Shown piece after piece: positions 59,503-64,000 of a stretch of DNA of 64,000 nt. The first letter of the stretch is position 1; every line of letters begins with the position of its first letter. Made by a program: the position numbers and the translations under genes. Under the pieces are notes generated by a model, which was given only the letters and a program-made list of their open reading frames with translations, had not been told where the DNA came from and did no database searches. Source of the DNA: Gemmatimonadota bacterium (GTDB taxonomy: Bacteria; Gemmatimonadota; Gemmatimonadetes; Palauibacterales; Palauibacteraceae); NCBI GenBank assembly GCA_046758745.1, contig JBHIAV010000013.1, positions 1 to 64,000 on the forward strand, written 5' to 3'.

Positions 59503-60243
59503 TCAGCGAAGGGCGAGCGTGTCGGTTCCCGCCCGCCGGAGGCGGTCCCGGGCCCCGCCGTCCACGAGCGCGCCGAGCGCCCGCGCCGCCCGAAGGCCGG
59601 CCGAGGCCAGGTGGAGGGCGGGGCTCCCGAGCGAAACGCCCACCGGTCTCGCCTCCCGGAGCGCGTCGAGGAATTCGGTCGCGCCGACGAAGTGAGGCAT
59701 CTCCGTGTAGGCCCGACCGATCTCGTGCGGGAAGTGAGCGTCCGAGCCGGCGGCGGCCGGGACGGCATCCCGGGCGGCGCGGTCGGACGCCCGGCGGTTC
59801 CACATCGGGAGGAAAGCGCGGGAGTTGAACGCCTCGACGAGATCCGCCACCCTGAGGACGCGGGCCGCGTGCCAGGCGGGAAGGAGCGCGTAGGCGAACG
59901 GATGCGGAGCGTACACCACGCCGCCCTGGTCGTGGATGCGCTCGGCGCTCTCCCGCACCGACAGCCCCTCGGGGATCCGCTCCTCGAGGAAGAGGCCGAT
60001 CAGCTCGGTGCGGCAGCGGCAGCGGATCTCCTCGCCCACGATCACCCGCGCCGGGTCGAGCGAGCGAGCGAGCGCCGCCCCCTCGATCTCGCCATGGTCG
60101 GTCACGGCGATCCGCGCGATTCCCGCCTCGGCGGCGCGCTCGACCAGCTCGGCGGGCGTCATCCGCGCATCCGGCGAGAAGACGGTGTGTGCGTGGAGAT
60201 CGACCCGGATTCGCTCCCCGCGACGGCTCCGGTGAGGCGTCAT
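59503..60243 (-). CDS. PHP-domain metal-dependent phosphoesterase
   Basis: DLHAHT..SPD, TDH, GEEI, PHPF, EAFNSR, GSDAH. Confidence 0.92.
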   Translation of the reverse strand: MTPHRSRRGERIRVDLHAHTVFSPDARMTPAELVERAAEAGIARIAVTDHGEIEGAALARSLDPARVIVGEEIRCRCRTELIGLFLEERIPEGLSVRESAERIHDQGGVVYAPHPFAYALLPAWHAARVLRVADLVEAFNSRAFLPMWNRRASDRAARDAVPAAAGSDAHFPHEIGRAYTEMPHFVGATEFLDALREARPVGVSLGSPALHLASAGLRAARALGALVDGGARDRLRRAGTDTLALR

Positions 60244-60370
60244 AGCTCCCCCGTGGCTGCTACGCTTCCGCTCCCTCCCTCGACGGCCGGCTCCGAATGC
60301 GGGCGCCGGAGGGCCGGCCGCGGGCGGCGGCAGGAAGAGCAAGATGCGGGCCGTCGGAAGACGGATCCGC

Positions 60371-61828
60371 TCACCGACCCACGGTGAGCCGGTCGCCCGG
60401 CCGGATGAGGGAGGAGGTGAGGCCGTTCCACGCCATGAGCTGCCTCGTCGTCACGTTGTAGCGGCGCGCGATCGCCCACAAGGTGTCACCCCGGCGCACC
60501 GTCACTGTCGTCGGTCCCTCGGGCGGCCGCGGCGCCCTGCGCGAGGAGCGGGCCAGCAGCGAGGAAGACGGCTTGCCCGACCGGGGCACCACGAGCTTCT
60601 GCCCGATCTGCAGCCGGCGCGGCCGCACGTTGTTGTTGGCGGCGCGGATGGCGGTCACCGTCGTTCCATAGCGCCGGGCGATCTGGCTGAGCGTCTGTCC
60701 TCGAGTCACCGTGTGCACCAGCCATGTCACACGCTCGGACGGAGGAATCTTCGCGTAGTTCACGGCGAACATCCCGCCGCGGCCTCGCGGCACGCGGACC
60801 ATGACGCGCCGGTCGGGGGGTGTCACGCGGCGAAGGTACCGCGGGTTGAGGAGCTTGATCGTGTCCTCGCTGGTGCCCGCGGCCTCGGCGAGCACGTCGA
60901 AGCTCGTAGCGTCGGGGACCTCCACCTCATCGAACTCGATCGGCTCCTCTTTCTCGATCCAGCCGAAGCCGTAGGCGGCCGGGTCGCGGCCGATGAGCGC
61001 CGCGGCGATGAGCTTCGGAACGTACTGCCGCGTCTCGCGTCTCAGCACGCGGGCGTCCGAGAGGTCCCAGAAGCTGTGCGATCCCGTTCGCCGGATGCCA
61101 CGACGCACCCTCGCGATCCCCCCGTTGTACGCGGCCGCGGCCAGATACCAGGAGCCGAGCTCGCCGTACAGGTCGGAGAGGTGCGCGATCGCGGCGTCCG
61201 TGGCGCGGTACGGATCACGCCGCTCGTCGACCCAATAGGTGATCTCGAGGCCGTACCTCCGGCCGGTGCCCCGGATGAACTGCCACATCCCCACCGCGTG
61301 CGCGCGGCTGTACGCGTTCGGGTTCATCCCGCTCTCGATGAGGGGTAGATAGAGCAGATCCTCCGGAAGGCCCGCCGCGCGCAACTTCTCCAGGATCATC
61401 CCCTCGTACCGCCCGGCCCGGGCCAGATAGGTCGCGAAGCGCTCGGGGATCGTGTTCCGGAAGTAGTCGATCCAGCGCTCCACCTGCGTGTTGATCTCGA
61501 GAGGAATCTCGAAGCGTGCCGCGTTGTCCGGGCGCGCGGCCAGCCCCAGCGGATCGGGCCCGAAGAGGAGGAGAAACTCGCGGCGAGTGGCCTCGTCGAG
61601 CTCTTCCACCGCCCGCTCGACCTCCCGCTGTACCTCGGCCAGCCGCTCGGGGTCCACTTCCTGTGGCTCGACGGGCGCCAGGAGGGCGCTGTCGGGGATA
61701 GGCAGCGGAGCCACGGCCGTCTCGGGAGGAGACTGGTGGCCGGCGCACGCCGCCGACACGAGGGCCGAGAGCCCCAGGTACACCGCCGGTCGCCGCTTCG
61801 CCTTTTGCACGGCCGCGCTGCTGGTCAT
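60371..61828 (-). CDS. mltD: MltD-like lytic transglycosylase with LysM domains
   Basis: IESG, AVGMWQFI, DERRDP, AAYNGG, ETRQYVPK; two C-terminal LysM repeats; lipobox-like ACAG. Confidence 0.88.
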   Translation of the reverse strand: MTSSAAVQKAKRRPAVYLGLSALVSAACAGHQSPPETAVAPLPIPDSALLAPVEPQEVDPERLAEVQREVERAVEELDEATRREFLLLFGPDPLGLAARPDNAARFEIPLEINTQVERWIDYFRNTIPERFATYLARAGRYEGMILEKLRAAGLPEDLLYLPLIESGMNPNAYSRAHAVGMWQFIRGTGRRYGLEITYWVDERRDPYRATDAAIAHLSDLYGELGSWYLAAAAYNGGIARVRRGIRRTGSHSFWDLSDARVLRRETRQYVPKLIAAALIGRDPAAYGFGWIEKEEPIEFDEVEVPDATSFDVLAEAAGTSEDTIKLLNPRYLRRVTPPDRRVMVRVPRGRGGMFAVNYAKIPPSERVTWLVHTVTRGQTLSQIARRYGTTVTAIRAANNNVRPRRLQIGQKLVVPRSGKPSSSLLARSSRRAPRPPEGPTTVTVRRGDTLWAIARRYNVTTRQLMAWNGLTSSLIRPGDRLTVGR

Positions 61829-61865
61829 CGCCGGATCCCTCCCGCGCTGGAATCCCGGGTGCCGC

Positions 61866-63478
<1,613 letters not shown>

Positions 63479-63510
63479 GCGTCTTCCGGGGCCGCGAGCG
63501 CCCGGCGGCT

Positions 63511-63873
63511 CTACTCTACGGTGATCTCGCGCACCTGGGGCGGTTCCTTGTCCTCGGGAGTAGGCGCGGATGGCTCCGGCCGTCCCCCTTCGAGCTCGGC
63601 CAGAAACTCCTTGCCGGCTTCGCGGAAGGCGCCCAGGACCCGATCGGCCGCCCCGAGCACCCGCATCGTCTCACGCAGGGCCGAGGCCGGGACTTTGCGC
63701 CTCCGCATCGTGCTCTGAAAGATCTCCCCGAAGCGCTGGAAGCCGGACGCCTCGGGGCTCCCGTGGGCGTACTCGGACTCGAGGAAGCTCACGTAGTCGA
63801 GGACCTGGTAGGCCTTCTCGTCCGGCAAGGACTCCAGCTTGCGCCACAGCTCCTTGCGAAGGATCTCGTTCAT
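63511..63873 (-). CDS. conserved hypothetical protein (DUF2281-like N-terminus)
   Basis: MNEILRKELWRKLESLPDEKAYQVLDYVSFLE; AGGAG RBS. Confidence 0.8.
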   Translation of the reverse strand: MNEILRKELWRKLESLPDEKAYQVLDYVSFLESEYAHGSPEASGFQRFGEIFQSTMRRRKVPASALRETMRVLGAADRVLGAFREAGKEFLAELEGGRPEPSAPTPEDKEPPQVREITVE

Positions 63874-64000
63874 CTTTCCATCGCTCCTCGGTGGGTCTGG
63901 ACGGCTCCCCCCCACGCATCTTGTGTGTCGCCGGGCCGCGCGGGCCCGGCCATGTCTTCCCTACTCCACCAGCCGGCGAAGGAGCCGCCGAGGGCGGGAG

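Overview
A 64-kb, very GC-rich stretch of bacterial chromosome. Gene content and order suggest a Gemmatimonadota-like lineage (inference). It is mostly housekeeping: dtd-maf-mtnA-glpK, a UPF1-like SF1 helicase, bcp/dsbA, a csp gene, pntAA-AB-B, an ergothioneine cluster (egtB-egtD-egtA) divergent from a quaternary-ammonium ABC importer, an acyl-CoA dehydrogenase, NAD salvage (pncB plus a pncA-like gene), pyrK-pyrD-pyrF, an amidase, smpB, DUF58-BatA-mfd-surA-surA-pdxA-ftsE-ftsX-envC-holB-moaC, cell-wall and sugar genes, and guaB. There is no CRISPR array, tRNA, rRNA or intact mobile element; one IS481-type relic sits beside a lower-GC GT-C glycosyltransferase gene. The most interesting signals are non-coding: (1) the 4.1-4.9 kb intergenic region holds a helically phased DnaA-box cluster (candidate oriC, with no dnaA in the window) next to a ~250-nt structured RNA with its own promoter and terminator that matches no family I recognise; (2) terminator hairpins inside the guaB, csp and moaC leaders; (3) a GGA-rich candidate Csr/Rsm-type RNA; (4) several degenerate intergenic minisatellites. 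Start codons were refined by eye and no searches were run.
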